Assembly (NCBI RefSeq): GCF_006345805.1
Contig: NC_043000.1
Location: 146,630,001 to 146,694,000 of the forward strand
Source: Octopus sinensis
Lineage: Eukaryota
Direction of reading: 5' to 3'
Length of the DNA stretch: 64,000 nt
The stretch's first letter is position 1. Each line of letters starts with the position of its first letter. A program made the position numbers and the translations under genes. This document shows positions 1 through 12,876 of the stretch, one piece after another. The notes under the pieces are model-generated. The model saw only the letters and a list, made by a program, of their open reading frames with translations. It was not told the origin of the DNA and searched no databases.

Positions 1-1612
1 TTCAACATTGCGAAATTTTATTCATCAAAGTAAGTGCCATTACAATTAAAAGATTTTACAAGTTTATTACGAGTTACAAGTTTGTTTATTCCGGATTTGA
101 TGAATTCTTTGAACGCACTTTCAGCATCGCTTTGATTTTTGAAATTCTTCTCTAACAGGAAATCATCAAGGTGCTTGAAAAAGTGGTAGTCGGTAGGAGA
201 AAGGTCTGGGGAATAAGCTGGGTGGGAAAGAACTTCGTAGCCAAGTTCCCTCAACTTCTGGAGCGTCATTAGTGAAACGTGTGGTAGAGCATTGTCATCA
301 AGAATCATTGGTTCTCATCTTTTGACCAGTCTGGGACGGAGGGCTAGCAGGTTTTCATTCATTTTGGCAATTTCATGGCAATATGTTTCTGTAATAATGC
401 TTTTTCAGGTTTTACGAAATTATAGTGGATGAGTCCAGCAGTACACCACACACCAGGTCACTATAACCTTCTGTTTGAAGAGTTCGGGCTTAGGGAAGAT
501 TTTCGGTGCTTCATTTAGTTCCAACCACTGTAAACTCTTTACTCTTTTACTTGTTTCAGTCATTTGACTGCGGCCATGCTGGAGCACCACCTTTAATCGA
601 GCGACTCGACCCCGGGACTTATTCTTTGTAAGCCCAGTACTTATTCTATTGGTCTGTTTTGTCGAACCGCAAAGTGACGGGACATAAACACACCAGCATC
701 GGTTGTCAAGCAATACCAGGGGGACAAACACAGACACACAAACACATACGCACATATATATACATATATACGACGGGCTTCTTTCAGTTTCCTTCTACCA
801 AATTTACACACAAGGCTTTGGTCAGCCCGAGGCTATAGTAGAAGGCACTTGCCCATGGTGCCACGCAGTGGGACTGAACCCGGAACCATGTGGTTGGTAA
901 GCAGGCTACTTACCACACAGCCACTCCTGTAAAGAAAGTTTTTTTTTCTTTTATTGTACAGAATCCACTTTTCATCCCAAGTTACAATACGGTCAAGAAA
1001 TAGATCGATCTGGTTACGGAGAAGAAGCGACGAGCAGGTTTCATATCTGCGTATTTTCTGATTTTCATTCAAATCGTGTGGTACACATTTGCCGACTTTT
1101 TTAATTTTTCGATTGCAGGCAAATGGTTGCAGACAGTTTTCTGGCCAACTTGAGTTCTCGAGTGGTTTTACGTGGGTCTTTCTCAATGACGCCCTTTAAT
1201 TGACCGTCATCGATGGCAGATGTGCGTCCACTATGCTCACGATCTTCACGGCTCAGGTATCCACTGCTAATTCGTGTAAACCTTTTTCGAGCTGACCACG
1301 CACTGATCATTGTCTCGCCAAACGTTTCGTTGATATCGCGAGCAGTTTCAGCTGCTTTATGTCTGTTTTTAAGTTTAAAAATAAAATAACAAAATCGTTC
1401 GAATATCGCGCTTTGAAAGTTCCATTTCAGATGATTTTAACAACGGCGAAAAAAAAGCAATGTTAAGTTATTGATGCATTTGCGCAAGTTTATATCTGTT
1501 GTATTATGAGACAATTTTAAAGAAATGTGTAAAAAAAGATTCAAAACTCTACAAAAATCCGGTACAAATTCTTTATGGTTGAAAACGTTGCTTGCTTTTT
1601 TCCTCACGCTAA
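1..1612 (-). mobile_element. Decayed mariner (DD34D) transposon, interrupted by a SINE and running off the window start
   Basis: Minus-strand fragments: MELSKRDIRTILL start (~1425), VPHDLNENQK, FLDRIVTWDEKWILY, QWLELNEAPK..PKPELFKQKV, DDNALPH..HPAYSPDLSPTDYHFFKHL. Terminal-repeat-like end next to a TA tract at ~1580-1612. Confidence 0.9.
535..926 (-). mobile_element. tRNA-derived SINE family A (octopus OR-type, CORE-like), full length
   Basis: Head GGAGTGGCTGTGTGGTAAG..GGTTCAGTCCC (A/B boxes), CORE-like CATGGGCAAGTG, internal (TA)/(TG) tract and (AAGAGTA)n tail. 7-bp TSD ctgtaaa at 528-534 and 927-933. Confidence 0.9.
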
Positions 1613-1959
1613 TATATATATATATATATATATATATACTTTTGAGTGGCATAGAGATGTTTTATCAATAAAAGGAGTAAGAACTCAGAATTTGGATAAA
1701 TACTATTTATTGAGCACCTTTATCACCTCCACGCATTTGTCATGAACAGTGCGCTGTTAAGAATTTTCCCCCTTTATGTATATGTGAATTAGTTGAAAAA
1801 GGTCAATAATTCAATTTGGATGTATGTGGGTAACTTTTAAACACAGTATATAACATATTTTAGGAGGGATGGGTACAAAATACAAGAACAAGGAAAATAA
1901 GGAGTTGGTTTCTGGGGTGCTTGATTTGATGACAGATAAAAAGGAAATCAAACATGTTA

Positions 1960-2645
1960 TCAAAAGCAATAAATCGTAGGTCAATAGACCAATGGAAGCT
2001 AGTAATATTCTCCGACGAGTTCACTTGTCCTCTTTTCCCCACTGCTGGACGAGTTTATGTGTGGAGGCAAGCCGGGGAAGCTTTTAATCCTGACTGACTT
2101 CTTCCTACAGTGAAGCATGGAGCAGGGACTGTGCTGGTTTGAGCAGCAATTTCTTGGAATTCTCTTGGTCTAGTCATTTCCCTTCACAGTAGGATCAACA
2201 GCAATGATTATCTGAATATTTTGGAAATCAAGTCTTTCTCATGACCCGGACATTATTCCTCGGTGTTGAGTGCATCTTCCTAGATGACGATGCTCCAATA
2301 CACACCTCTCATGTGGTTAAGAATTGGTAAGAGGAGCATAGTCGTGAGCTGCAATACATGGAGTGCCCACCCCTTAATCTGCAGGTCTTAGTATTATTGA
2401 GCATTTGTGGTGTATCTTAGAGCGACAAGTTAGAAGTCGTTACCTTCCACCATCGTGCCTGCAACAGCTGGAGCAGGTTTTGCAAGAAGAATGGATCAAG
2501 ATTCCTCTCAATGAAGTCAGGAAGCTATATCAATAAATTCCTAGATGCATCGAAGCTGTTCAGAAAGCTAAAGGAGGACCAACTCCATATTTAATATATA
2601 TTCATTTACTTTAACACGTGTTCTAATTATTTTGTCCAATTCCTG
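1960..2645 (+). mobile_element. Tc1-like transposon, 3' half, decayed
   Basis: VIFSDE..GRVYVWRQAGE..PTVKHGAG, DDDAPIH, IIEHLWCILERQV, IPRCIEAVQKAKGGPTPY*. Ends ttgtccaattcctg followed by TA. Confidence 0.85.
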
Positions 2646-2839
2646 TATATATATATGTGGTGGGTGGATATGTAAATCCATTTGCATATTGATTCTAAAG
2701 TGGCCCTACGTTAAATTCCACTGTTATATATTCCCAAGATCTTTACAATAGGGCTCGATCAATAAATTTACTGGAATCTGTAAAATCGATTATATTTTCC
2801 AGCTAAGTTTCAGAACTTGTAGCATGTAAAACTAGTTGT

Positions 2840-2874
<35 letters not shown>

Positions 2875-4197
2875 TGTGTGAATGTGTGCGTAAGTGTCTG
2901 TGTGCGTGTGTGTGTGCACACGTTTGCTCGTGTTTGTGTGAGTGATGCGACTATGTGTACGTGCTTATTTATCTAAGGTTTGTATATGGTAACATACAAA
3001 CATTAATTAAACTATCGCTCGGTGAATTTAAATAGGATATTACATTTACTTTCGCAATGAAAATTTAGACAGTGAGTTCGAATATTCGGCACACATTGTC
3101 TTCAACAGAGAGACTCACGAACGAAATTTCGAATTCACTTTCTACCTTTTCTTTGCAAACATAGATCTAAATGTGTGTGGTTTTATGCCTATGAATATTT
3201 GATTTTGTGTGCGTGTTACACATTTCTTTTAAGCACCTTTTCCATGTAAACCTCATAATTTACACGTTATATTTTCTTTCCTTTTCTTTAGTAACTATTT
3301 ATTATATAGGCAAATAAATTGTAGTTACGTATATATTTGCTAAAAATTGATCGAATTGGTTCTTGTACTGAAGATCAAAAGTACCATATTCTTTGGCAAC
3401 TTAACAAGAGCATTATATATGGAACTTAAGTAACCGTTCTGTTTCCTTTTCAGCCTATAGAACCGACCACATACTAGCTTTAACGATGGCTTTCATTTCG
3501 TTAAATTAGGATAGGAGGTGACTTAAATATTATCACGAAACCTTACAAGTAAGAATCAATATGATTTGAAAGATATCTAGTTCTGTGAACCAGCACTTGG
3601 AGTGGCTTTCTTTTGTGTATTAAAATATTTATACTATTACTGAATACACAAAATAACTGGTCTCTTTAGTTATATAATATTTAATGTTATTGCTGTTGGA
3701 GGAAGGAGACTGCTTGAGTCAGTCACTGACTAAATGATTGACTATTTGAGCAGTTATCCGATTATGATGAAATCAGAGTGATTGAGGAAATTATAAATTA
3801 ATTGATAGCCTGATTGACAGATCAATTGATTTATTGATTGAATGGAGTTCAATAATTTTGCTCGGAGTTCATTATGTAGTCTTAATTTTCTTTAGTACAT
3901 GTGTATTTGTATGAAAATACTTCATAAAATACATATAATACGAGAAAGTATTTAAAGCAGCAGAAATTAAAGTGATAATATATCTTTTAATACGAGTGTT
4001 GTATCAAAAGAAATGCAAATTAACTTTCATAGGTCATTCAAATTGTACGTCAGTTGAGTAACTCTTCCTCTATAGCAAGTGTTCTTTCTATTCTTCATTG
4101 CAAGTGACGATTGAATTGGTGCGGGTGCTGTTAAGATTGTCTGTATCTACAGAAAGCAACATGCTACATTGATGACATCATTAACAAGAGTAATATG

Positions 4198-4428
4198 TTT
4201 CTTTATTACCCACAAGGGGCTAAACATAGAGGGGACAAACGAGGACAGACAAAAGGATTAAGTCGATTACATCGACCCCAGTGCGAAACTGGTACTTAAT
4301 TTATCGACCCCGAAAGGATGAAAGGCAAAGTGAACCTCGGAGGAATTTGAACTCAGAACGTAACGACAGACGAAATATTGCTAGGTATTTCGCCCGGCGT
4401 GCTAACGATTCTGCCAGCTTGCCGCCTT
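4198..4428 (-). mobile_element. tRNA-derived SINE family B, full length
   Basis: Head AAGGCGGCAAGCTGGCAGAATCG..GAGTTCAAATTCC, body CCTTTCATCCTTTCGGGGTCGATAAA and tail GCCCCTTGTGGGTAATAAAGAAACAT. Duplicated acaagagtaatatg at 4184-4197 and 4448-4461. Confidence 0.85.
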
Positions 4429-4499
4429 GAAAGATATTGCTGCATTGACAAGAGTAATATGCACAGAGAGATGAAGAAGTTTAAAAAAAGGGAAAACTA

Positions 4500-5190
4500 G
4501 AATAGAAGACATCGACTGTGACCACTGACAGGATTCGCTAAGGAATGGGCGAATTGATTTGCACAGACAGACGAATCAAAACATGTGATTGCACAAACTG
4601 GATTGTGGTCACAATGAAACACAGAAGATTTTCGATGAAAGAATCTGAGTATCAGGAAGTATGTGCGAAGTGTCACCTCGGTGATTAACACATGATTTCA
4701 AGGAGAAAAGCTACTGCAAGCGTTTTCTGATCCGGTGAGATGGTATAAAACGTGACCAATTTTTTATGAGTGGGAAATGAAATAGGGCCTCAGTTTACAC
4801 AATGCCGTTTCCAAGACCTATGAACATCGAAAGGCAATAAAATCATTGTGGTTGTCTATTGGGATGGCGACTGTGCTGTGTTATCAATGATGTTTTGCAA
4901 CACGGGGTATCAAGAAGAGCAAGCAGTACTTTGAGACACTTAAAAATACCTAGTCAAGAATTTGAAAGCGATTTACCGTCCCCATGACAATACGCAACTA
5001 CACATGTCTTTGGTAACAAAACAACATCATGAAAATTGGACTGATCACCAATACTCATCGGCTCAACGAAGGATAGTCTTTGGACACAACCATTTGATAA
5101 CGCAGCGAGATGGAAGTAGCGGCAGAGAAATGGATACAATAATGCACACCTGAACGATATGGAAGAGGATTCAAGAGTTAAGTTCAATGA
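4500..5190 (+). mobile_element. Highly degenerate mariner transposase remnant
   Basis: Broken motifs DRRIK, YQEVCAK..PR*LTHDFKE, VVVYWDG, HDNTQLH..HQYSSAQ across frames. Confidence 0.55.
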
Positions 5191-5228
5191 TTGCGCAAAT
5201 GCGTGTTTACTCTGATATTGTATAGTTT

Positions 5229-5700
5229 CACGTGACAACCTGCTGGGACTGCCTGTCAGGTGACGGTCGTTTAGAAAAAGCGCGGGCTTAAACTACGCGA
5301 CTTCACTAGTCAGTTAAGGTGAGACAGTGTCACGTGACAACTTGCTGGGGCTGCCTGCTGGAGTCTATGAGGCAGGTATTTAAAGGGAAGAATCTGACAA
5401 GACAGTCAGTCACCGGCTGACATTCGCTGACGCTACATTGAAGTGGCCAGGGAACAGAAGAAAGAAGAAGAAAGAAGACATGCACCCAACACCAGAGCTG
5501 AAGACACCTCCGAAAGGGGGGCCACGCCACGTCAAAACGGTAGAGGAGTAGGGGCCGAAACCGGACGTGGTTCCTCCTGATGATGTCTTGAGCTAACTGG
5601 ATCCTATAAAGGAGCCGTTGTGGTAGCAGTCCACGAAACACTGTTGTAATTCCTCCTTTCAAATCTTGATGTTCCTGTGAATCAATGATGTATTGTCTTC
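5229..5700 (+). mobile_element. GC-richer LTR/pseudo-LTR-like fragment with a ~30-bp direct repeat and hammerhead-like motifs
   Basis: cacgtgacaac(c/t)tgctggg(a/g)ctgcctg at ~5229 and ~5330, tatttaaag, CTGAAGA at 5498, GAAACCGGAC at 5557 and CTGATGA at 5577. Confidence 0.3.
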
Positions 5701-6269
5701 ACCTCGTCCCGGATGGAGATGTATATCAAAGCGTTTAAGCCTAACGGTACTTTTTTATGATCATACTGTAACTCTAGATAAATATAAACAAAGTTTCAAC
5801 GCTTACATGTCGCATTTTACTCCTCCACATTTGTACCTCTGTGATGTATAAATGTGTTGCCTTCAATAAGATTTGCATTAACTGCAGATGTCTAGCCATC
5901 CAGTCTATTGTCGAAATAAAGATGAGGAATAAAAGAATGTAAGAACTTTACAAGACAGCAAAATCTTGCCTAGAAGGAAAAGCAGAAATACTTCCGAAGA
6001 TACTGGACTCATATAATATTGATTATTCAAGCCTGGTAAATAGGAAGAAGTTGGAAATAGTTATACATTTTTTGGAGTGGAAAGCCGCCAGATGAACCAA
6101 AAATGTATGGTATTTCGGAAATTACCATCAATCCCTCAAGCTGTTCAAGGGCGTCTCACCGTTCCGTACCCGATAGTAAACCCTAACCTTGCACATTATC
6201 CGTACGTATCAGCATGCAAACAGGAACACAACATCTACTCCAAACTGCAAACAGTTGTCAGTAAAATTC

Positions 6270-6790
6270 CATATCATGACAAAATCATCATCATTGTTCA
6301 ACCGGCAATGGAATTTACTATGTTACGCCAGACATCACGGTCGATCATAGCATTAATGAGATCTTGTTGCTGGATGCCTGTATCCCTGGAGATGACAGCA
6401 GGGTAGGAAAGTGTGCGCCCTCTGGTATCGCGAGCAGATGGCTTCCAGAGGAGAAGAGAAGAAATTACCTCGTTTTCAGCTCTACAACAATGTCCAGCAA
6501 ACTGGACTCTTCTACCTTTCATAAGAGATGATACAGGTGGTAATTTCCCATATATTTGTACTTTGGTTGGATGACGCTTCCACGAGATATTTTGAGCTCT
6601 CATAAGGAGGCGAGTGTAAGTTCCATCCAACCGCCTCTCAAGCTTCTTTCATAACGCCCAGGTTTCTGGGCCATATAGTAGAATTGGTTCGCCTGTGGCT
6701 TTGAAGATTTTAAGTTTCAAATCTCTACTTAGATATGATGACCAGATCTTATGCGTCATTACAGGCTGACCAGGCCATACCCTTTCTAGT
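6270..6790 (-). mobile_element. RTE-clade LINE 3' fragment
   Basis: KIFKATGEPILLYGPETW..LDGTYTRLLMRAQNISW..RRVQFAGHCCR..LLLWKP, typical of the RTE RT thumb and C-terminus. Confidence 0.8.
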
Positions 6791-6839
6791 TAGAAAATCA
6801 TATTGATGGGCAATTTTAAATTTCCAGAATAGGTAACAA

Positions 6840-7760
6840 ACTCAGTGTAGTCAAGAATAATAGGAAAGCATACAGTGGATCGTGAAGCGCTCAGGAAAGT
6901 TTCAAAAGATGGTCTGCCTGATAAAAGGATAAGGGTAATAGTATGCCTGCATAAACAGATGATGCCAACAGTGATATCTAGTAGCCAATGCTCAGAGATG
7001 TTTTCTGCTGCCACTGCGACCAAATAGGGCTGTGTTTTAACCCCAGTACTGTTTTTCATATTCTTTTCAATAATGTTCCAATATGATTTCAGGGATTACC
7101 TTAAAGGTGTAAAAACAGTTTCATACGGAAAGTCTATTAAACCTGAAAGGGCAAAGTTTCAGATCAAAGAAAAGGACCAAGGAAGAGATTCTAAGCGACT
7201 TTCTGTTTACTAATGATTTCACTCTGATTTTTCATACGTTTCAGGGAATTCAGGAAGAAGTATAGTAAACTTTAAGAGTACTCCTGATGACGAAATCACT
7301 GTTAGAATGTCTAAGGCTGCAAATAATTTTGCAAAACTTACCCATCGTTTGTGGGATGAACAAGGTGTCAGTCTGAAAACCAAAATAAGTGTATACAAAT
7401 CCTGTATTTTGAGCATATTTCTGTATGGGGCAGAAGCATGAATTCCCTACTACAGACATATAAAGAAACTTAAAACATTTTCCATGTGCTGACTGCGCAA
7501 TATCTGCAAAATAAAATGGCAAGATAGGATATCAAATGTCAAAATCTTAGAAAAATGTGATATCTCCAGTATCCAAAGCATGGCGCTAAGAATTCAGTGC
7601 AGATGAGTAGGATATGCTACTTGAAAGACGACCACATTCCAAAAATTATTTTGTTTGGCCAACAAGTGGAGGGATATTGCGGTAAAGGAATACCTGCCTT
7701 AGGTATACGGATAAGTCATTGCCTAGATCGATCTGCATGGCGTAAAATCACCCACCATAA
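6840..7760 (+). mobile_element. RTE/BovB-like LINE RT fragment, decayed
   Basis: TK*GCVLTPVLFFIFFS, DDEITVRMSKAANNFAKLTHRLW, SLKTKISVYKSCILSIFLYGAEA*, LRNICKIKWQDRISN. Confidence 0.8.
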
Positions 7761-7899
7761 TATCAGGGTTCACTGCATAACGTTCCTGTTCCTCATCCTT
7801 AACAGACCCATCACCATTTCCCGGTTCCTCCTGTCTACGCTTCTCTCTGCTTTCAACTCCTACCTCTCTGTTTTCAACTCTGATCATCGTTTATAGCCC

Positions 7900-8535
7900 A
7901 TCGTCAGGGTCTCTGAGACTTTCAGTAATCCGAGATGTTTGTACTCCAGTGAAGTATCCCTTCCTCCTAACCACTCTCACTTGGTTTATTAGTTTATTTC
8001 CTAACATTGGACACATGTCCTTTTCCATCCACAATTTCAAGGTACGTCGGCCTACACCGCGACTTCCTTCCAGCTTTGCTTCGTCCACTTATGCCTGCTT
8101 TTGTGCACACCAGTTTTGTACTTCCTCCTTTGTTTCCCCCTTTCTCTTTGCTCTCAATACTCCCTCGTTCCTAAGTGTCACTTGCAAGGTTTCCTTACTT
8201 TGGGCTAAGTTTCTCATTAAGATCTCCGAGTTCGATACGCACGCAGTCTTTCACACTTATCAGTGAATGCACATGGCGATCAGTGAATGCACATGGATAA
8301 TGAGCTGCATACGTCGTTAGAAACTTTCTTGACTTGCTGCGCATCTCATTTAGCTCCTCATCTATCCACTTCAGTATTCCATCGCCATAGCGAACTACTG
8401 CGACTGCACGCGGGTTTATTGGCATTCAGCTTTGAAGCCAGTATTTTTCTCACTCGCCGTAGATACTCTTTTCGCCTTTTCCTTTAGGTCGTATTGTTCT
8501 TTTCCTTCATGTCATGGTGTCCATTCTTTTCCTGA
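7900..8535 (-). mobile_element. R4/Dong-clade LINE internal fragment
   Basis: NPRAVAVVRYGDGILKW..RSKSRKFLTTYAAH..ISVKDCVRIE. Its 5' junction abuts the (TTA)n tract. Confidence 0.65.
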
Positions 8536-8548
8536 GTTATTATTATTA

Positions 8549-8602
<54 letters not shown>

Positions 8603-8605
8603 TAC
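8536..8605. repeat. (TTA)n microsatellite
   Basis: Direct reading of the sequence. Confidence 0.95.
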
Positions 8606-10960
8606 TTTTTTTCTTCTTTCAAATTTTCTTCCATTTCTTGCCGAGTGTCTTCCCGACTCCTAGGGCAAAGAAAACTCATAGTGTATATTGGTAGGCCATT
8701 AAACCAAACTCAGTAGTTTCGTTAATTTTTTTTTTTTTTTTTTTTAAAGTTAAAATAAAAATACATGAGCAGCAACAGTTCTCACATCGACAATGCTCTT
8801 CTCAATACGTGTGATGCACCAGTTAAGACAATCTTTTGCATTTCTTGCAGGGATGGTAAGCCAGGGATCAATCCCATATCATTTTCGGTTCCCTTCTTGA
8901 TCATTCCTAGTGCTCCTACGATCACTGGTATTGTAACCGCCTTGAGATGCCACATTTTCTCAATTTCAATGAGTAGGTCTTTATATTTTCTGAGCTTGTC
9001 AAACTCTTTCGCTGAGATATTATGATCACAGGGGATGCTCATGTCGATCAATAAGCAAACTTTATTGTTTTGGTCTTTCACAACAATATCTGGTTTATTG
9101 GCCTTGATGGTTCGGTCTGTATGTACTGGAAAGTCCCACAGAATGGTTACATTTTCTCCTTCAGTTACAGCCTCAGGGTGGTGATTATACCACTTGTCGG
9201 CAGTTTTGATATTGTAATGCCGACTTATTAGCCAGTGGAGATATTGGCAAACTCTGTCATGTCAATTTATTACTCCACTGGTGCTAAAACTTTACATCCA
9301 GAGATTAGGTGGTCCACTGTTTCAATCATGTCGTTGCAGAATCGGCATTTTGGGTCTGCTCCATTTTTCATCACATTGGCCTGGTAGTTCCGGGTAATAG
9401 GCTTTGGTCTTGAGCAGCCAGGATGAAACCTTCGCTCTCTGCTTTTAGCCTGAGCTCCGCAGCCACTGATGGGTTGCTTCTGGTCAACATCAGCTTGTTT
9501 GCTGCGGGTCACATATTTGCCGTGCAGAGGTTCTCCTCCCACCTATCAGCCAATTGCTCGTGCGCTTTTTTCATTGCCATCTTTTCACTTCTTTGCAACA
9601 ATAGTTGCCGTACTTCCTCGGGTTGTTCAGTTTGGGTATCCTGCACGAGATCAATAGCAAATTTTTTGCTTTCCTTGATGATAGAATGAAGCTTCTTTCG
9701 TCTCTCGTGATTTTCCACGAGCTTTAGCATCCAGTCATTCGATATTTCGAGATATTTGGCCAGTCCAATTGTGGTGTTTTGTAAGCTAGTTCAAATTGGA
9801 TCAGGCCTCGACCTCCTTGGGCTCTGGGAAGGTAAAGGTGATCTACGTCTGCTTTGGGGTGGTGCATCCTATTATAACTCAGCAGCTTGCGTATTTTTCT
9901 ATCTATATTCTTTACTTCACTCATATTCCAGTTTCAAAACATTGTAGCTATAAGTAACAACTGGAACTGCTAAGGAATTTATAGCTAACACCTTGTTACG
10001 TGCATTTAGTTCAGATTTCAGGACTGCACGAACTCTCCTATAAATTCCTTCCTGATTTTCTCTTTCATGCTTGCATGCTGAATACCAGAGCCTTCATTTA
10101 TCCCTAATATTTGTATGTCTGTTCTTGCTCAAGCTCTCTTATGACTGTGTCAACATCTAACACGACTGAATTTGTGGTCTTCACTTTCCCTTTCTGGAAA
10201 GTGGCCTTGGCACATTCTCAAGTCCAAACTCCATCCCGATGTCATCGCTGAATGCTTTCACGGTGCGCAATAGGCCTTCAAGTTCATTATTGTCTTTACC
10301 ATAAGTTTAAGTCATCCATATAAAATAGATGGCTTTTTTTTTATTGGCAATTTTATACCCATACCCTGTTCTGTTTAATCACTTGTAAGGGGTATTAGGG
10401 CTATGCAGAATATTAAAGGTGAAAAGTTGAGTCACCTTGAAAAATTCACAGTTGATGTTTATATTTTCTGAGGCAAGTACTCCATTAGAGTGGTATAATT
10501 GGAGATTCGTATTCCACACACGACATATTGTGCTTCAGGAAGTTTGAAATCACAGGGGAAATTTTAAGATGTCCAGCGATCTCAAGATCCATGGATGCGG
10601 TATACTGTCGAAGGCCTTTTTATAGTCAATCCATGCGGGGTGCTGAGATTTCTTCGCTTGTTGTGACAGTTCTCAAGGATCATACGATTGATTAGCAGTG
10701 ATCTTTGCATCCGTAAGAGCCTCGGCGGCACCTTTTGTTCAATGGGGAAAATATCGTTCTTCTCCATGAATGCATGTTTTCTCCGCCAGGATAGATGTTA
10801 GGATTTTATACGTGGTGTTATAGACAGGTTATAGGCCGATAGTTTTGGAAGGTTGGTTTCGTTATTCTTTGGGAGTAGGTAAGTAATGCCACTTGCTAAC
10901 ATTCAGGTGTTTTCTTGGGTCTCTCAAAATTCCATTGAGCAGCTGAACTAGCTTACCGTG
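8606..10960 (-). mobile_element. R4/Dong-clade non-LTR retrotransposon (RT + CCHC + restriction-like endonuclease), 5'-truncated and frameshifted
   Basis: WIDYKKAFDSIPHPW, HPKADVDHLYLPRAQGGRGL, CRFCNDMIETVDHLISGC, KPDIVVKD..CLLIDMSIP..KYKDL, then a 3' UTR. Flanked on both sides by (TTA)n. Confidence 0.92.
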
Positions 10961-10962
10961 TA

Positions 10963-11006
<44 letters not shown>

Positions 11007-11020
11007 TATTATTATTATTT
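10961..11020. repeat. (TTA)n microsatellite
   Basis: Direct reading of the sequence. Confidence 0.95.
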
Positions 11021-11240
11021 CCATTATTCTGTCTTTTCCTGTGTCACGTCTTCGCTCCTTTCCATAGCATAGAGACACAACACTTTCCTCAACACATGTG
11101 TTGTTCCCAAGTGCAGCTATTATGATAGGTATCAAACTCACTTTTCAGTCTCTGTGAATGCGTTTCAATTCCAGTGCTAGATCTTGGTACTTCTCGACTT
11201 TCTGGTTGTCTGTCTTCACAACAGAAAATAAATCTGAGAT
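11021..11240 (-). mobile_element. R4/Dong-clade 3'-terminal fragment
   Basis: Minus frame QKVEKYQDLALELKRI..LIPIIIAALG, ending at the (TAA)n tract. Confidence 0.6.
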
Positions 11241-11569
11241 CCTTTCCAGATAGTATTGCACTACACGGAGAAGGTCCTATAATGTTGCACCAAACCAGTC
11301 CTTCAGTCACGTTCTCTTCACATCAAGTAAACTTTCGCCGTCCTTCAACAAACTACATAGTTATTGATTCGCCAAAAATCCTTGCAGGCGGAACTTACGT
11401 AGTGTTACATTTACCACCCTTTTCCCCAAATAAGCGAGGAAGAGAGACCATTGAATGCTGCACTGCAATTGTTTCAGTCTTAAATAGAACTTCAGCCTCA
11501 ACGAACTGCCCTTCTTCATGAATTGTTCTTCCTATTGCTGCGAATCAAAGCGACGAGTTTTTACATGCA

Positions 11570-11757
11570 TATTATGATGATGCAAGCGGAAGACGTCACA
11601 AGGCAGCATCAGCCTCATTCCAGTCAACAGACTACCGCTGTGACATCTATTGGCGCCTGTGTGCTTCCAGCTTCGGACTGCGGAGCCACATGTACTCTCA
11701 TTGCTGAGAACACCTACTTTGCCGTGATCGGATACCGATAGACCACCTATCATGATA
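11570..11757 (+). mobile_element. RTE LINE extreme 3' end with C2H2 motif
   Basis: RRHKAASASFQSTDYRCDIYWRLCASSFGLRSHMYSHC*, then a short 3' UTR ending in catgat. Confidence 0.6.
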
Positions 11758-12662
11758 TATATCAGTCGCTCAAGCAGTTGTGGTTGGAGTATCAGAAGGG
11801 GATATAAACTTTACTTTTCTCCCTTTAATTTCCCTACATCGAGCGGCATGTTGTAATTTTGCCCGTTTATCAGCAAAGGGTAGATTGTACATTTACGTCG
11901 TAGAGAGTATTCCTGCGACAAATACCTTGCTATTGTTGCTGTTGATGTCACTTATGGTTTTCGTTTCACCGATCTTATTCCGTTTGACGTTGGTCTTGGT
12001 ACTGCTGTTACTGTCGTAGTAACTACTGACGTTATTAATTCTTGTGATTTTGACTGTTACTCCAGTTTCTTTCTATTGTGGTGGCGGTGATGGCAATGAT
12101 CACTTTTCTAAGAGTTTCTTTGTTTGACATGTCATTGTTCCTTCTGCTGCTACTGATGTTGTTGTTTCTGGAGCTTACGTCATTGCGGTGTTTTTTCTTG
12201 TTATCGCTGCTCCTGTTCTTTTGTGAATGTTCTTGTGTGTTTTTATAGCTACTGCGGTAATTCTTGTTGTTTGTGGATTCGTCTTTTTTTCTTCGGTAGT
12301 CACTGCTACGGGCCATAGTCAAGATGGTTAGAGATTACAGAAATCACCACTAAATAGTGTCGTAGTCAGAGGAAGCATTTCATTCTTGCCACTTCATAGT
12401 TTGATGAGCGTGTGTTTTGGTGTCACCATAATTTTAAACATGAAAATGTACATGATTAAATTTTTGCTATGACAGCCGTATCACTCAGGGTCCATACTTA
12501 CTATCCACTCTTTCAGGGGTCATTATTTAACAAAGTGTCCCCCAGACTTTTAACAAAATAATGTATTTCCAACAAAATCAATAGACTCTTACGAACCGAC
12601 GCGATGCACATCCTACACAGAACGATGATAATGCTAATAATAATGCTGATAATAATTTTCCT

Positions 12663-12866
12663 TAAGCTGTAAGCTGGTAGAATTGTTAGGATGCCGGACA
12701 AATGACTAGCAGCATTTCGTCCGTCTTTACGTTCTAAATTCAAATTCTGCCAGGCGGATATTGTAATTCATATTTCGGGGTCGATAAAATAAGTACCAGT
12801 TGTGAACTTGGGTCGATGTGATCACCCGCAATTGCTAGCGTTGTGTCAAAATTTGAAGCCAATAAA
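12663..12866 (+). mobile_element. SINE family B variant (alternative 3' tail)
   Basis: Degenerate B head, TTCGGGGTCGATAAAATAAGTACCAG body and TTGTGTCAAAATTTGAAGCCAAT tail. Confidence 0.75.
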
Positions 12867-12876
12867 TTTTTTTTCT

